DNA from: the human T2T-CHM13v2.0 reference genome, Homo sapiens
NCBI RefSeq assembly: GCF_009914755.1
Contig: NC_060926.1
Length of the DNA stretch: 64,000 nt
Reading direction: 5' to 3' (one strand)
The translations under genes were made by a program, and so were the position numbers. Below the pieces are notes generated by a model. That model ran no database searches, was not told the DNA's origin, and worked only from the letters and a program-made list of their open reading frames with translations. This document shows, one piece after another, positions 40,872-55,168 of this stretch (position 1 is the stretch's first letter; the number at the start of each line of letters is the position of its first letter).

Positions 40872-43491
40872 TTACATTGATAAATTTGACAACTTAGAGG
40901 AAATGGACCAGTTCCTCAAAAACTGGAAATTATCTGACTCAACAAAGTTGAAACAGACAAACTGAATAGTTCTATACTCTTAAAGAAACTGAACCCTTAA
41001 TAATAATATAAAAGCTCCTGAAAAATAAATCTCCTGGCCTTGAAGCCTTGGAGAATTCTATTTACCATTTAAAGAAGAATGTTACTCTCTCCTCTTCTAT
41101 TTTCAGAAAATTCTATTTCCAGAAAATAGAAGAGGAGAGGTACTCCTTGATTATTTTAGAAGGCTAGTATTACTCTGATACTAAAAGTAGACAAAGATAG
41201 AAGAAAAAAAGAATAAAGCTACATACTAGTATCACTCATGAATGTAGATACAGAAATCTTCAACAAAATATTAACAAATTGAATCTGGTAATGCACAAAA
41301 TGAATTACACATGGCAACCTAGTGGAATTTATCTCTGATATGCAAGTATGCTTCAACATTCAAAAGTCAATCAAATGCAATCCACCACATCAACAGACTA
41401 AAGGCGAAAAAGTCACATGATCATGTCAGTTTACACAGAAAAAGCATTTGACAAAGTCCAACAACCATTCATGATAAAAACTCAGCAAACTAGGAAAGAA
41501 GGGAATTTCCTCAAATTGAAAGAGTCTACAAAAATTATAGCTAACATCATGCTTAATCGTGGAACATTGAATGCTTTTCCCCCAAGATTAGGAAAAAGGC
41601 AAGAATGTCCACTGTTATTCAACTAGTGCTAAAAGTTTTAGCAGTGCAATAAGGCAATAAAAAGAAATTAAAACATAGAGATTAGAAGGGAAGAAATAAA
41701 AACTGTAGCTTTCTGACAAAGTTGCAAAAGCAATCCAGTGGAGGAAAGATGGCCTTTTAAGCAAATAGTGCTGGAGTAATTGGACATCCACAGGCAATAA
41801 ACTGAACCTCAACCTAACTCTCACACATTATAAAGAAATCTAACTCAAAATGAATTACTTAAATATAAAATGTAAAATTATAAAGCTTTTAGAAAAAAGT
41901 TAGGAGAAAATCCTTGAGACCTAGGGACAGGGAAGAAGTTCTTAGGGTTGACATCAAAAGCACATTTCATAAAAGGAAAAATTGGTAAGCTGCATTTCAT
42001 GAAAAATAAAATTTTTTATTCTATGAAAGACCCTGTGAAGAGGATGAAAAGATAAGCTACAGACAGGGAGAATATATTTTCAAATGACACCTTCAACAAA
42101 GGACTTGAGTCTAGAATATATAAAGACCTCTCAAAACTCAACAGTGACAAACAAACAATCCAATTAGAAAGTGGTCAAAAAAACATCAACAGACATTTCA
42201 CTGAAGAGGATATACCCATGGCAAATAAGCACATGAAAATAGGTACATCATTGTAGCCATTATGGAAATGCAAATCAAAACTCCTAGAAGATATTACTAC
42301 ATTTCTATTAGAATGGCTAAAATGAATATTAATAACACGAAAATTGAATAAGCTTTGTGGCTTGCACCAACACTATTTTCCTGGTTGGGATGCCAGTAAA
42401 TGTTTTGTAAAGTGTTACCGCTGGGAGAAAATGGATAAAGCCTGCATAGGATCTCTCTGAATTATTTCTTGTGCTTCATTGCTACAGTTACATTCATGCA
42501 AATGCTACATTTAAAGAATTTTGTAAAAAGGTATAAAACAAAAACCTATGCATGAATAAGTTTAGAAAGAAATAGAGCAAAATATTGATATCTCAATGTT
42601 GTAAACGGTCTTGATGATTAAAAAAGAACATTCTTTCCATTGTTATATATCTTAAAAAGTGTATTAGAATGAGGACAGTGGCATGTAGTGGCAGCTCCCC
42701 ATTCCCTCTTAGCTTTTAGCAATATCTATAGGAGAGTAGATTATTTGGGGGAGAATTGAGACTTATAATTTAACTTGGGCTAGATTAAAAGTTGTCTGTT
42801 TTTTGTCTCCCTCCTGCTTAAATGTCGTATCAAAAAATCTTCTTAAGAATATTCAGTAATTCAGACATTACATTAATTCACATTCTCCATCTCAGCTTGT
42901 GATCCAAGTGAGGTTTTTTGACAACTTTCTCTCTGGGAGTATATTTTAAACATAAGCATGTGATTCAACAGCACTTGACCCTGAAGTTGTGATTTAGTGC
43001 TTTAATTGGAAGCTCTAGCTTGTAAGCATTATGGAAAGGCTGTTTAGTGTGTTATGGGAATGATCACAATTTCTAAATGTGAACTCAAGTGGAAGTGTGG
43101 GGAAAAACAGGGACTCCTTGTTGTTTATCACATACGTGGGAGCATGGAAAATGAAATGAGGAACTCTGAACCATGAACAGCAGGAACGTGCAGGGATGCT
43201 GGGCTGCAGGGAGGCTGAGCACCTGGTTGGGAGAATGAACATCAGCACAGAAAGCAGGGCACCCTGTGCACTAAGAACACACACAAGTGCTCCAAGGCCT
43301 AGGCTGGGGAAGGAACCAGGGCATGGTCCAGTTTTACAGTCTGCTAAGAAAGAGATCACCACAGACCTTAAGTCCAGACTGTAAGCCTTGTTTTGACCAA
43401 TTTGCTAGACAGATATCTTCCAGACACATACTGGAAAAATGCTACCTCAAGTGATGATCCAGCCGGAAACACTTCTTGTATAAGTGGGGTG

Positions 43492-43671
43492 TGTCAACGG
43501 TCCCCAGGGTCACCCCCAGGATTGATGATTCACTAGGAGAACTCACAGGACTTGACATATACTTATACTCATGGCTATGATTTATTACAGCAAAATCATA
43601 TGTAAAAAATACATATATACACACACATGCATCTCTGTCTCTCTCACACGCACATGCACACACACACACGT

Positions 43672-43704
<33 letters not shown>

Positions 43705-44113
43705 TCAAGGTCAGCAAAGGAAAAAGACACATGGGCTGAAGTCCAGAGGAAACCAGAAGCAAGTTTCCAAGAGTCCTCTCTCAATGGAGTCATGCAGGAC
43801 ATGCTTAATTCCTCCAACAACAAATTGTGAGAATACCTGTGAAATGTTTACCAGGGAAGCTCAGCAGAGACTCCGTGTCCATGGTTTTTATTGGGGGCTG
43901 GTCATGTAGACACCCTCTGCCTAGCACATATCAATGCAGACTTTCAGAAGAAAGCACATGTTCAGCATAAACCACATTATGTGCTCAATTGGTTTAGGCA
44001 CAGTGAGCCACCCTTATCAGTCAAGGAATGGTGGGAATCTTCCCAAACCCAAGTTCCCAGATGAAATCTCAGGCTAGCAGTCTCAGGCCTTTCATGTTAA
44101 CTTTATTTTGCAC
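43492..44113 (-). mobile_element. ERVL LTR (MER77-like) with an internal (CA)n expansion at about 43615-43699
   Basis: TGTCAACGGTCCCCAGGGTCACCCCCAGG...AGTCCAGAGGAAACCAG...GTTAACTTTATTTTGCACA. Confidence 0.7.
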
Positions 44114-44323
44114 ATGGTGCCATAAGATAAAGCATATGCCCATCCTGATTGGCATTAGTGCTCTTCCCTCTTCAAGGTCAAATCACTAGAATAAATAAAA
44201 AGCAGGAATAAGTAAATGACAATGTCAATGACACTGACAGTGGGAGAGAAGCCATCAGATGACTGAGTATTTTTATTACTTTCTGGAGAATGCAAAGCAT
44301 GGAATGAAATTGACAGGCCAACC

Positions 44324-44669
44324 TGCTACAGCCTGAATGTTTATGTCTTTCCATGATTAATGTGTCAAAACCTACCAAGATGATGGTATAGGAGGTGGGG
44401 CCTTTGAGAGGTGATTAGGTCACGATCACGCTGCCCTCATGGGTGGGGTTAGTGCCTTATCAAAGAGTGCTTCCTTGCCTCTTACACCATATGCAGACTC
44501 AGCAAGAAAGTGCCATCTGTGAACAAGGAAGTGAGCCCTCAGCAGACACTGAATCTACCACTACTTTGATCTTGGACTTCCCAGACTCCAGAACTGTGAG
44601 AAATCAATTTCTGTTGTTTATAAGCCACTCAGTTTATGGTATTTTGTTATAGCAGCCTGAGCTAAGACA
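44324..44669 (+). mobile_element. Solo MaLR LTR (MSTD/MLT1A-like)
   Basis: GGAGGTGGGGCCTTTGAGAGGTGATTAGGTCA...TTGATCTTGGACTTCCCAGACTCCAGAACTGTGAGAAAT...GCTAAGACA. Confidence 0.85.
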
Positions 44670-46269
44670 CAAGTTGAGTGGACACAGCTGGAGGTGGGGT
44701 TGTTTCTTCTGGATGACCGTGGAGAGACACTGGGTCACAAGGATTGAGAGCAGGAGAGGGATTCAGGCAGAGAGTCATGCATTTCCATAAAGGCCTGTTT
44801 AATAGCAGGACACCCAGTTCCCCACATCAGAGCGACTACAGTAATAGCATCTGCCACAGCTCCAGAAACCTTCTCTGGGAAGAAAACTTAACAGCCTGGC
44901 CAGGCAGTGCTTGGTCCCTTGGGGTGAGAGACCGAGACCCCTGAATACATAGCTTAGTGCTGGGGAGGGTCAGCCTGCTTGTTTGCCATCAGTCAGCACC
45001 CCCTCATAGGAAGCCTGCCAGGTGACTGCCCTGCGTTGGACCCGGAGTTTTCTGCTGCTGGGCATCCAGGGGTGATGCCTCCACAGTGATGGGAGGTTGT
45101 GCTGGCTGCCTGTACTGGTCCACTCAGCCTTCCACTTGTGTGTTGGAATCTCCCCATTTTGGGGAGGCCACCCTTCTGTGGGCTGGATCCTGCTTTGATT
45201 CTCCTTATTGAAGTAGAGATGGAAATTTCAGGAGACACAGGGGAGAAACTGGCCAGTGAGTTTCACAATATTCTGATATTACCTACAGTGCTTTCAGCTT
45301 TCTACCAGAAGGTAAAACTTTCAAGATCCTGAAGGTGCTAGGTTGCTGTCCCATGATTGAGGGGATGTGCTGTGGCATTTCTGCAGGCTTTACATGTTTC
45401 CCTTTAAGCAAGATGGAAAGTTTTCTGACCCTTTTATTATTTGCCAGGGCAGAGGTTGTAGCCCCTTGGTGAAATTTAATTATACCCTCCACCAAATCCA
45501 ATTACTACCCACACCCATGAAACCCCATTATAACTTTCTTTTGCTTCATTAGAGATACACTAAGACAGGTCCCTTCCTAATCCATTATGGCAGATTCCCT
45601 AAAGAATGTTAGTTAGAGATTTTGCATATATTGTTCATTACTTCGCAGTGCAGATATGCAAAAATGCAGATGACCTGCCATTAACTTGCTTAAAGACCAG
45701 GAAGGGGTGTCCTCTTCCTGACTGATCTGGCTGGCTTCTGTTGCAGAGACCTCTGTCTTGGAACTGCCCATGGCAAGATATGTGCCTGCTGACGGGAAGC
45801 CTGGTAGTAATACCATCAAGCCTTATGTCCAGAAGAGCACAAAATGTTTCTCCAATCAGAAGGGAGCATTGGGTTGTTTTGGGGCTGGACTGTGGCAGGT
45901 GGCCAAGAGAACGAAACCCCTTTTGTACTTTTTCCTTGCTTAAAACACTAGACTCAGCCGAGATGTGGTTTGGGGTAGGACAGACCTTTCCTGCAGGGGT
46001 TGGGGAACCTAGCTGTTCTTCCCCTGCAGGAATGCCTGAGCCATGCTGTGGGGCAGGCCGGCTGATGTGTGCTGCGTACCAGCGGTGGGGCATCAGCCCA
46101 GTGTAGTTTCTATCAAATTTGAACTGAGGAAGAAAATAAAAGAGACCAAGCACATATCTGTTTTACTATAAGAAAGCTGATTCCTTAGGGATTTCAGACT
46201 CCCGAGGGTATTTTCCTAAGGATAATCAGAGAATGAACAATCAAGCATCATCAAATATTTTTGTTTCAT

Positions 46270-46615
46270 TTTTATTTTCAACTTTTACAGTCAAAAATTT
46301 CAAACAAATTTCAAGACAGAAGTTGAAAGACTAGTACAATAAATGTCTGGGCACACCGTCCACCTAGTTTCATTATATGTTAACACTTTGCCATATTAAA
46401 ATTTCTCTTTTTTACCGTCTATGCATATGTTTGTGTGAGTGTGTGTGTGTGTGTGTGTGCATGAAATCATTTGAGAGTAAGTTGCAGACGTCAAAACACT
46501 TCACCCCTAAGAGCTTCAATGTTCATTTTCTAAAAATAAGAATCTTTTCTTATAAAATCATAATAACCATCATCACACCTAAAAAAATGAGCAATGACTT
46601 CATAGTATTATCTAA
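46270..46615 (-). mobile_element. Old L1 (L1MC/ME) 3' fragment with (TG)n at about 46433-46459
   Basis: ACAGAAGTTGAAAGACTAGTACAAT and CATTTGAGAGTAAGTTGCAGAC motifs. Confidence 0.6.
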
Positions 46616-47257
46616 AAAAAATTAAAGAAAAATCAACAGCGTGAAAAAGAAGGAGCAAGATGCACAAACACAACAACAGGCACTGGAGGAAGCAAAATAG
46701 AGAAACAAAAACTAATTAGTAACCCTAGGGATGTGTGGCCACATTGTATCCATAAAGCAAGAACAGCCTGCTATGAAACACAAGCATTCAGAGACCCATG
46801 AAGTGCTTGGAAAATTAAAAATAAAGATTGCAAAAAAAAAAAAATCCAATGTAAGGGCTGAAGAACAAATTTGAGAAAACTTCCAAGAATGAAGATCAGA
46901 AAGACAAAAAAGGGGGAGTAGGATTAAAGGGAAATTTCCATTCCATCCATTTTTGATGGATAATCAGTCTAAAATCTACAACATTTCCAAGAAAGGGATT
47001 GGAGAATACAGAGAGGCAGTCAAATGAGAGAAATAGAAGAAAATTCTTGAGATATGAAGAAAGGCAAAAAAAGTCTGGAGATTGGCGGGACCCATTGGAA
47101 GAGATTAGAACCTGAAAACAACCTGGAGAATTTCAGAACATCAAGCAAGGACAAAGAAAGGCCTCAAAACCCTCAAGCTGAAAAAACGTGGGATTATTTA
47201 CCAAGGCCTGAGAGTCTGATTGACCACAGACCTCTCAAGCAGCACTGAAGGATGCAA

Positions 47258-47400
47258 CGGCTTCTCAACTGTAATGTACCCATACATCCTTGGATATCTT
47301 GTTCAACTTCAGACTCTGGGGTGGGGGAATTCTGTATTTCCAGCAATCTCTTAGGTGATATTATGGCTCCTGGCCTATGGATCACACTGAGTGGCAAGGG
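47258..47400. mobile_element. MER5-like hAT MITE within an old L1/HAL1-like A-rich region (about 46620-48100)
   Basis: CTTCTCAAC...GAATTCTGTATTTCCAGCAATCTCTTAGGTGAT...GGATCACACTGAGTGGCAAGG. Confidence 0.55.
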
Positions 47401-48127
47401 CCTACAGGTCTAGGATAAAATGGAATAATACCTTTAAAGTTCTGAAGAAGGTTGCTTTGAATGTAAAATTTCACAGCTAGCCAAATTATTGATCAAGTAT
47501 GAGGCAATATAAAGACAGATATTCAAATGCACTATAAGTTCACTTGATATGCATTTTCTGAAAAATGTTACTTGTGGATGAACTGCAGGAAAGCATTCAA
47601 GAAATGAAGAATTTAAAAGACATGGATGCTTTTGGGAGCTAACCCAAGTGGAGTATGTGTGAAGAAATACCTGGATGGTAGTGACGTGACAAGCCCAGAA
47701 AACAATTAGTCCAAATTTGAACAGGAAGTCAGAGGGGTCAAAATAATGACTTTAAGAAGGAAACAATTTCTGTTCAACAGAAAGAAGCAGGAAGATTCTA
47801 GTGATATGATGGAAAAGGCATGTTTCTTCTTGAAACAAGAGAAAGAATAGTCCATTAAGACTCCAGGAAAAACAAAACCACTCAAGAAAAGCATGCTCCA
47901 ACTACGAGCAAACTAAAGCATGACATGAGAATGTATTTGACCTTCACACTGGGAAGCTTCCCCTTCTAGGAGAACAAAAACTACTTAAAAATGGTTATTT
48001 CTGGAGTGAGTTATTAAAGGTAAAAGATTGGGTAGGAGATTTTTGCTTTTTATTTAAGACTATTTAATAGAGCTTTTAATTTTTAGAGATCAAGTATATT
48101 TAAAACCATTAAAAAATATTCTCTCCC

Positions 48128-48434
48128 GGCTGGGCATGGTGGCTCACTCCTGTAATCCCAGCACTTTGGGAGGCCGAGGTGGGCGGATCACGAGGTCAGG
48201 AGATTGAGACCATCCTGGCTAACACGGTGAAACCCCGTCTCTACTAAAAATATAAAAAATTAGCCAGGCGTGGTGGCAGGTGCCTGTAGTCCCAGCTACT
48301 CAGGAGGCTGAGGCAGGAGAATGGCATGAACCCGGGAGGCAGAGCTTGCAGTGAGCCGAGATCGCCACTGCACCCCAGCCTGGGTGACAGAGTGAGACTC
48401 CGTCTCAAAAAAAAAAAAGAAAAAACACAAAAAA
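48128..48434 (+). mobile_element. AluY
   Basis: Diagnostic GGATCACGAGGTC, ACCATCCTGGCTAACACGG, GAATGGCATGAACCC and GAGCTTGCAG; flanks share TTCTCTCC. Confidence 0.9.
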
Positions 48435-49109
48435 CTTCTCTCCTTTTGATATAAAATGTCAGGGAGGGAAGAAAAGGAATGAAGAGTGACAAAGAAAGGA
48501 AGGGCTTTTCAAGAGAACAAACCAACTCATGATACACACAAACTCACCCCATCCTCCAACATAACAACCCTCTTTACTCCCACGAATGAACAGACAAGTT
48601 CTGTTTTTCTCTTTCCAAATCCATTGACCCATACGCAAAGCTGGCACTAATTTTTTCGAAACCAGATGTTGCAGCATCTAAATATTTACATTGTTCCTCA
48701 TCAGGACTCCACGTGTGAGATTCTGGAGAAAGGGAGCCTTCTGGATCGGGGGCCTTTGCTTGTCTTTTCTTCTCTGCTCCCCAGAATTTGATTTTAATGT
48801 AGTTTTTCAAATTGGGGACTATGAGTTCTTGACAAAATGTATTAATTTTGTGTCTTAATTTTGATGATCATCTAAACAGATATAGTCTAAGTAGTATACA
48901 CAGATCATCAGGATAACAACCATATAACCAGAGATTGCCGTGGGGATTCTGGCCTTTGTCTTGCACTGCTAAGCCCATCAGCACCAGAGAACACCTTCTT
49001 GATGACCAGGAACCAATGAGGAAAGAGCAGATGTAGGTTTTCTATGATTTAAAAATCTGTGTTTAGTGGAGGCCGAAGACTGGTATGATGTGCTTGCTGC
49101 TTGAAGAGG

Positions 49110-49463
49110 TATCTTAGTCCATGTCTTCTTCTGTAACAGAATACCACTAAGTAATTGATAAAGAACAGACATTTATTTCTTACAGTTCTGGAGGCTGGGG
49201 AGTCCAAGACCAAGATGCTGGCCTCTGGTGAGAGCTACTCTCTGCTTCCAATATGGCACCTTGAATATTGTATCCTCACATGGCAGAAGGCAGAAGGGGA
49301 GAAAGGGGTGAACTCACTCCATCAAGCCCTTTTCTAAAGGCACCTAATCGCATCCACAAGGGAGGAGCCCTCATGGCATAATCACCCCTGAACGTCTCCA
49401 CCTTTTAATACTATTACGTTGGCAACACCTAAATTTTGGAGGAGACACATTCAAACCGTAGCA
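49110..49463 (-). mobile_element. Solo MaLR LTR (MST-like)
   Basis: TATCTTAGTCCAT...TTACAGTTCTGGAGGCTGGGGAGTCCAAGACCAAG...CACATTCAAACCGTAGCA. Confidence 0.85.
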
Positions 49464-52103
49464 GAGAGTTTTACAGACCGCAGAGAAGTGTGGCAGAGGG
49501 ATCTCTTTGCCCAGCCCTCAGAGGTGTGGGTATAACTCCCCCAAAGGAACCGGTGCAGGCTGGAAAAAAACAAGTTCATGCTGCAAAACACAGTCTGTCA
49601 CATGTTATTAGGGCTGTTGATTTGAATCTTATTGGTTTTGTAGTTTTGCTTGTATTTAATTTCATAGTTTAGAGTTGAACAAGAGCTATAAACATAAGGT
49701 GTTTATATCTAGTTTTATGTTTGAACATGTTTGAGTAACATTATAATTCGAAACAAATCAACATTGGGGGTTAAGGAGAATTGTTTTTCTTTCAGAAAGG
49801 GTTTGCACGATGCTCAAGTTGTAACAAACTAAGTAGAATTTCTTTTTTAACATTCTGCCCATTGCCATTTCATTCTTTATTTTGTCACAGCTTTAAGACA
49901 AGTTACTTTCTCTTTTCAGTTGAAAAAAATTCCACAAGTAACATGTATTCCAGCAACACTGGACGGTTTGTTGTTGTCATCAGGGCTTGGGTGTTGGGAG
50001 GGGGCTGACACACACATGCACATGAGGAGGCTTGCTGGAAATGAGGGCGATTCCGGGGGTGAGTGCAGGGTAGAGGGAGGCCAGGGGAGGTGAGAATGGG
50101 ATGGGAAAACACTTGGGAACAACAGCCGGCCCTGCGCTAGGGAAGGTGGACACATCCACTTCCCTGAGTTCGGTTCAGACCCAGTCACTACTGGGGTTAG
50201 CAGTCAGGACACATTTGTCTGCTTGTAATAAATACCCATCTAAAGTGGCTGAAACCATAAGAACGCCAACCATGCTCCTTGGTGACCCCACAGCTGGGGC
50301 CTGTCTGCCCTTGAGTCCCTTGCTTCTGTCCAGCGTCCAGTTCCATTGACACTGGAGTGATTTCTGGATTATCTCATCAGTGTCTCAAAATAGCTGCCAC
50401 AATTCTGGGGAAGACAGCACGAGGGAAAACCTTCCCCAGAAACCTTCAGCTGAATTCCTCATAGGTCCCATTGGCCAGGACGGTGCCCGTGGCCCAGCTG
50501 TATGAGAAATGGCATTTTCTACCTCTTTAGTGAGAAGTTTGGGCCAGAAGTCTGTGTGGGGTGTGAGGGCCCCAGCTGCCTGCAGGAGTGGTGTGCTCCT
50601 GAGCTGGACTCCACTGGGCCAGTTACAGATGGTGACGGGAAGAGCACAGGGGGTGCGGGGCAGGGGTACCCTCCCAGGCTCTTTATACCATGTGCATGGG
50701 ACCCTTGGACTAGGCCCACAGCAGGGATCACCAAATCAATCACTTTCAAGGCCGGGCAGGTACCTTAATAACTGTAGCACACCCGAGACTCAGATTGCCA
50801 TGGGCAGTGGTGCAAACGGAGGGCCTTTGCCCCTTTCCAAGGGGGCTGTAACCTCTCCTCAGCTCCCACTGACCATCGCTTTGGGGGAACATTGGTTCAG
50901 GCTTTGCAGAAATTCTGAGTTTTCAACAGAAGGTAAGCACATAATTTGTTTTTAATGTGAAATGGCCATGGGGGTTATGAGGGGTGTGTCTAACAAAACC
51001 CGTCTTTGGCATGGGGTGAGTCACAGAGCCTTGCACACAATAGGCTGCAAAGGAGGGAGCTCTGGAGGAAGAATACACGCTTAGGCCAGGGCGGCCTCAT
51101 GGCCAGATAGCCCAGGCTCTGTTTCACCCACATTGAGGAACTGTGAAATCCTGGGCTTAGCCCCTCTGAGAGTTACAGCCCTCACCTGCAAAACTGGGAC
51201 CATCACCTGTACCTTGGAGGACTCTTACAGTTACTCCTGTAGAGCACTCAGCACCCAGCAGGGGCTCAATTAAAGCTGTGTTGTGGCTACTAGAATAAGC
51301 TATGGGTTCTGCATATGGTGATGGTTTGGTTGCCAGACACCAGGGCTCACGCCCCTACTGTGGCATGAAGTAGCCTGGGCAAGTTCCAGGTAGGAGAGCG
51401 AAAATGTGTGCAGGGGACTGATGTCATGTGGTGCAGGTGTGTGGGATGGGAAGCGAAGGGAAGAAGAGACCCCAAGAAGGGAGAAAGGGACTGGAAGAGC
51501 TCCCTGTTCCTGTCTATTGTGGCACAGCAAAGCACCCCAAACTTCCTAACTTAGGAGCACACAACCACAACCACCTCATTGGGCCTGTGGGCTCTGCTTC
51601 AGGTCAGAAATTCTAACAGGAAATCGCAGAGGTGGCTCATCTGGCAGCCTGCTGAGTCTCCACGCTGGGCTCCAGGTGCTGACACTGTCACTCAGTTCCC
51701 CAAAGCGCCTGGATAAAGGCAGCTCTTCAGACAGCAGCCAAGGCCCTGGTGTCTAGCCCTGCCCCTGCCCCTTCCTGCCGTACACCCTGGCCGCCCAGGC
51801 TTCTCCATGCTGCTGCGTCTCTAAAGCCGCTCTGCCCGCGGCCCTGAAAGCCTTTGTTGCTGCTACCGTTCCTTCTCAGATTGAGAATTTATGTCAAGTG
51901 TGAGTGCGCAGCCCCTCTCTGTGCCCACTGAGCTTTGAGTTCACCTGTCATCTCGTCACATTATCCTGACATGCTGTCTGCTCTTGCCCCTCCCCCAGCA
52001 CACCAGGGGTTCCTGCATTCTCTTTGTATCCCCAGTGACTACACAGAGCCTGGCATATAGCAGGTGCAGCTTAGGTGTGGAATTATTGAAAGCATGGACT
52101 CTG

Positions 52104-52472
<369 letters not shown>

Positions 52473-53068
52473 TTATTGGACCATGGGGTGAGCGATTCCA
52501 TGAACTACCCAAAGTTGTCATGAAGATTAAATTAGGTATTCCATCTAAAGAGTTTGGAACAGAGCTTAAGTTTGGAACAGAGCTTAGCCTTAGTAGATAG
52601 ATGCTCAAAGAAAATGAGTAGTTGCTGCTATTAGGTGTTGTATATATGAATGAACAAATGAATGAAGCTCATTCGTTCTTTAAGGCTTAGGTCAAAAGCT
52701 CTCCTGTTCCATAAAGCTTTCCCCAGTCCTCATAGTAAAGGGATCCACTTTTAACTTGCTGTGCTTCTGTACCTGTCATGTTCTTTACAGGTCCCTCTGA
52801 GAATAGTTGCGTGTGCATAGGCTGATCTCTCTATCTGCACTGGAAGACCCCGAGGGACGGCTGTATCTTATTTATCTTTTTAATGTTCCCTATACTCAAT
52901 ATAAACAGTAGGTGCCTTGTACATAGTAAGTGCTCCATAAATGTAGCTGGAAGGAAGGAGGGAAACCAGAAAGGGGAAACCACTTTATATCTAACTGGAA
53001 AGAGACACCAACAAGGTCCAGATTTAACTGAAACAACAACAAAACTAACCGCTCTTAAGTTCGATTGA

Positions 53069-53293
<225 letters not shown>

Positions 53294-53349
53294 TAAGGCC
53301 CAGCAATTACTCAGAGCTGCTTACTTGTTGGTTTCTGTGCTAAAGTAGT

Positions 53350-53490
53350 CCTTCCGCTTCCCTTTGCCCTTCCCTCTCTTCTCTCCCCGCTCCTTCTCCT
53401 CTCGTCTCTCCCCTCTCTTCCTCTCCTCTATTCCCCTCCCCTCCTCTTCCCTCCCTTCTTCTTCTGTCATCCCTTCCATCTCTGCCTATT
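53350..53490 (+). repeat. Polypyrimidine (CT-rich) low-complexity tract
   Basis: Direct reading. Confidence 0.8.
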
Positions 53491-53669
53491 TCTTCTAGCC
53501 AGGGAATTTTTAAAGATTCTCCCCGAAGACATCTTGCCTTGATGGGATGTCCAGCATCTAAAAGAGGTAAAGAGTTAAAATGCATGATGGTGGAAAATCA
53601 AGACCATCCCCTTAGTCTTTTCTTCATTCTCATACCCATGGGTGACCCCTGAAATGCCCTTCAGGAACC

Positions 53670-53824
53670 TAGGCTTGCCAGATGTAGGAAAAAGAAATAT
53701 AGGATGCCCAGCTACATTTGTATTTCAGGTAAACAAGAATATTATTTTAGTATAAGTATGACCCATGCAATATTTTGGTGTCCAAATACAAATTGGGTGT
53801 CCTCTCTTTTATCTGGCAGTCCTG
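53670..53824. mobile_element. MER53 hAT MITE (internally deleted palindrome)
   Basis: TAGGCTTGCCAGAT..AGGATGCCCAG...TTGGGTGTCCT..ATCTGGCAGTCCTG; TSD CAGGAACC / TTGGAACC. Confidence 0.8.
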
Positions 53825-53840
53825 TTGGAACCCCTAGGGC

Positions 53841-54013
53841 CAGGGCCAGCTTCATGGGGTGAGATTTGTGCGGTGGTACAGGACCCTGCCCTCAGAAGGG
53901 ACCATGCTTGGTTCAGTGCTCTGTTCTCATCATCATAAAATTCTTAATAATTTTTGAAGAAGGGGGCCTGCATTTTCATTTTGCGTTGGGCCCCAAATTA
54001 TGTAGCCAGTCTA
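53841..54013. mobile_element. MER91A hAT-Tip100 MITE
   Basis: CAGGGCCAGCTTCATGGG...GGGCCCCAAATTATGTAGCCAGTCT; perfect 8-bp TSD CCTAGGGC at 53833-53840 and 54014-54021. Confidence 0.82.
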
Positions 54014-54864
54014 CCTAGGGCTCCTTGGAGCATGATATGGGGCCCAGTGCCGTAAGTACTGCCACTTTGAGTCAATCTCCCACTCTATGGTACAAACCCA
54101 AGTATGGTCCCACTGCTTGGATTCATAATGGATATCTGGTGGGATCTCCTTGGAAATCACATTTTTCTATTATAATTGGCTCTAAGTGTTTCTGCTTTGG
54201 CAGCAAACTCTACTTGTTAGGCTCTTTAATCCAAGTTTCACTGTACCTAGCATAAATCAGTGAAATACTTAGTGTGAGGAAATGCTGGTTGCTTCATAGA
54301 TGCCTTGAAAAGTGATTTGACCTTAGAAATAACTTTTATTGGTGTTACATAATCATGTTGCATGATGTATATGATATTTATTGCAAATGCATGTTGATGA
54401 TGTCATCATTCTGCACAATTGCCAAACTCACAGTTTCCAAATGTTGGCTGTAGATTTGCTTGATTCCTCCTGCAGATGGGACCTTTTTTAAAAGAAAAGA
54501 CATGGATGTTTTGACTGCTCACTCACCCTAGAGTTCTACTAAGAAAGGGGCTCCTGAGCAGGTGTATATGAAAATAAAGAGTGCAGAACCAGCAGAACAT
54601 GCAGAACCAGAGACCTGTATGAAAAGCCACAGAAACACCACCCACAATCACCTATCACAAGTTGTCTTAAGGAAACCTTGAATAAGTAAAACACCAGGCT
54701 TACAGGAGAGTGTAATCACTTGTGTTGCTGAAAATAATGTTTCACTTTACAAAACAATCTACTACTAGGTCCATTTTAAGTAATGAAATATCTAGAACTA
54801 AAACATGTAATGAATAAAAATTTTTTTGAATTTCTTAGTTTTGATAGTCACCATTATTATGTAA

Positions 54865-55168
<304 letters not shown>

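Noticed and set aside
51345-51366. Possible CTCF site (CGCCCCTACTGTGGC)
   Set aside because: Spacing is one base off the CCASYAGRKGGC core, so it is not supportable from sequence alone
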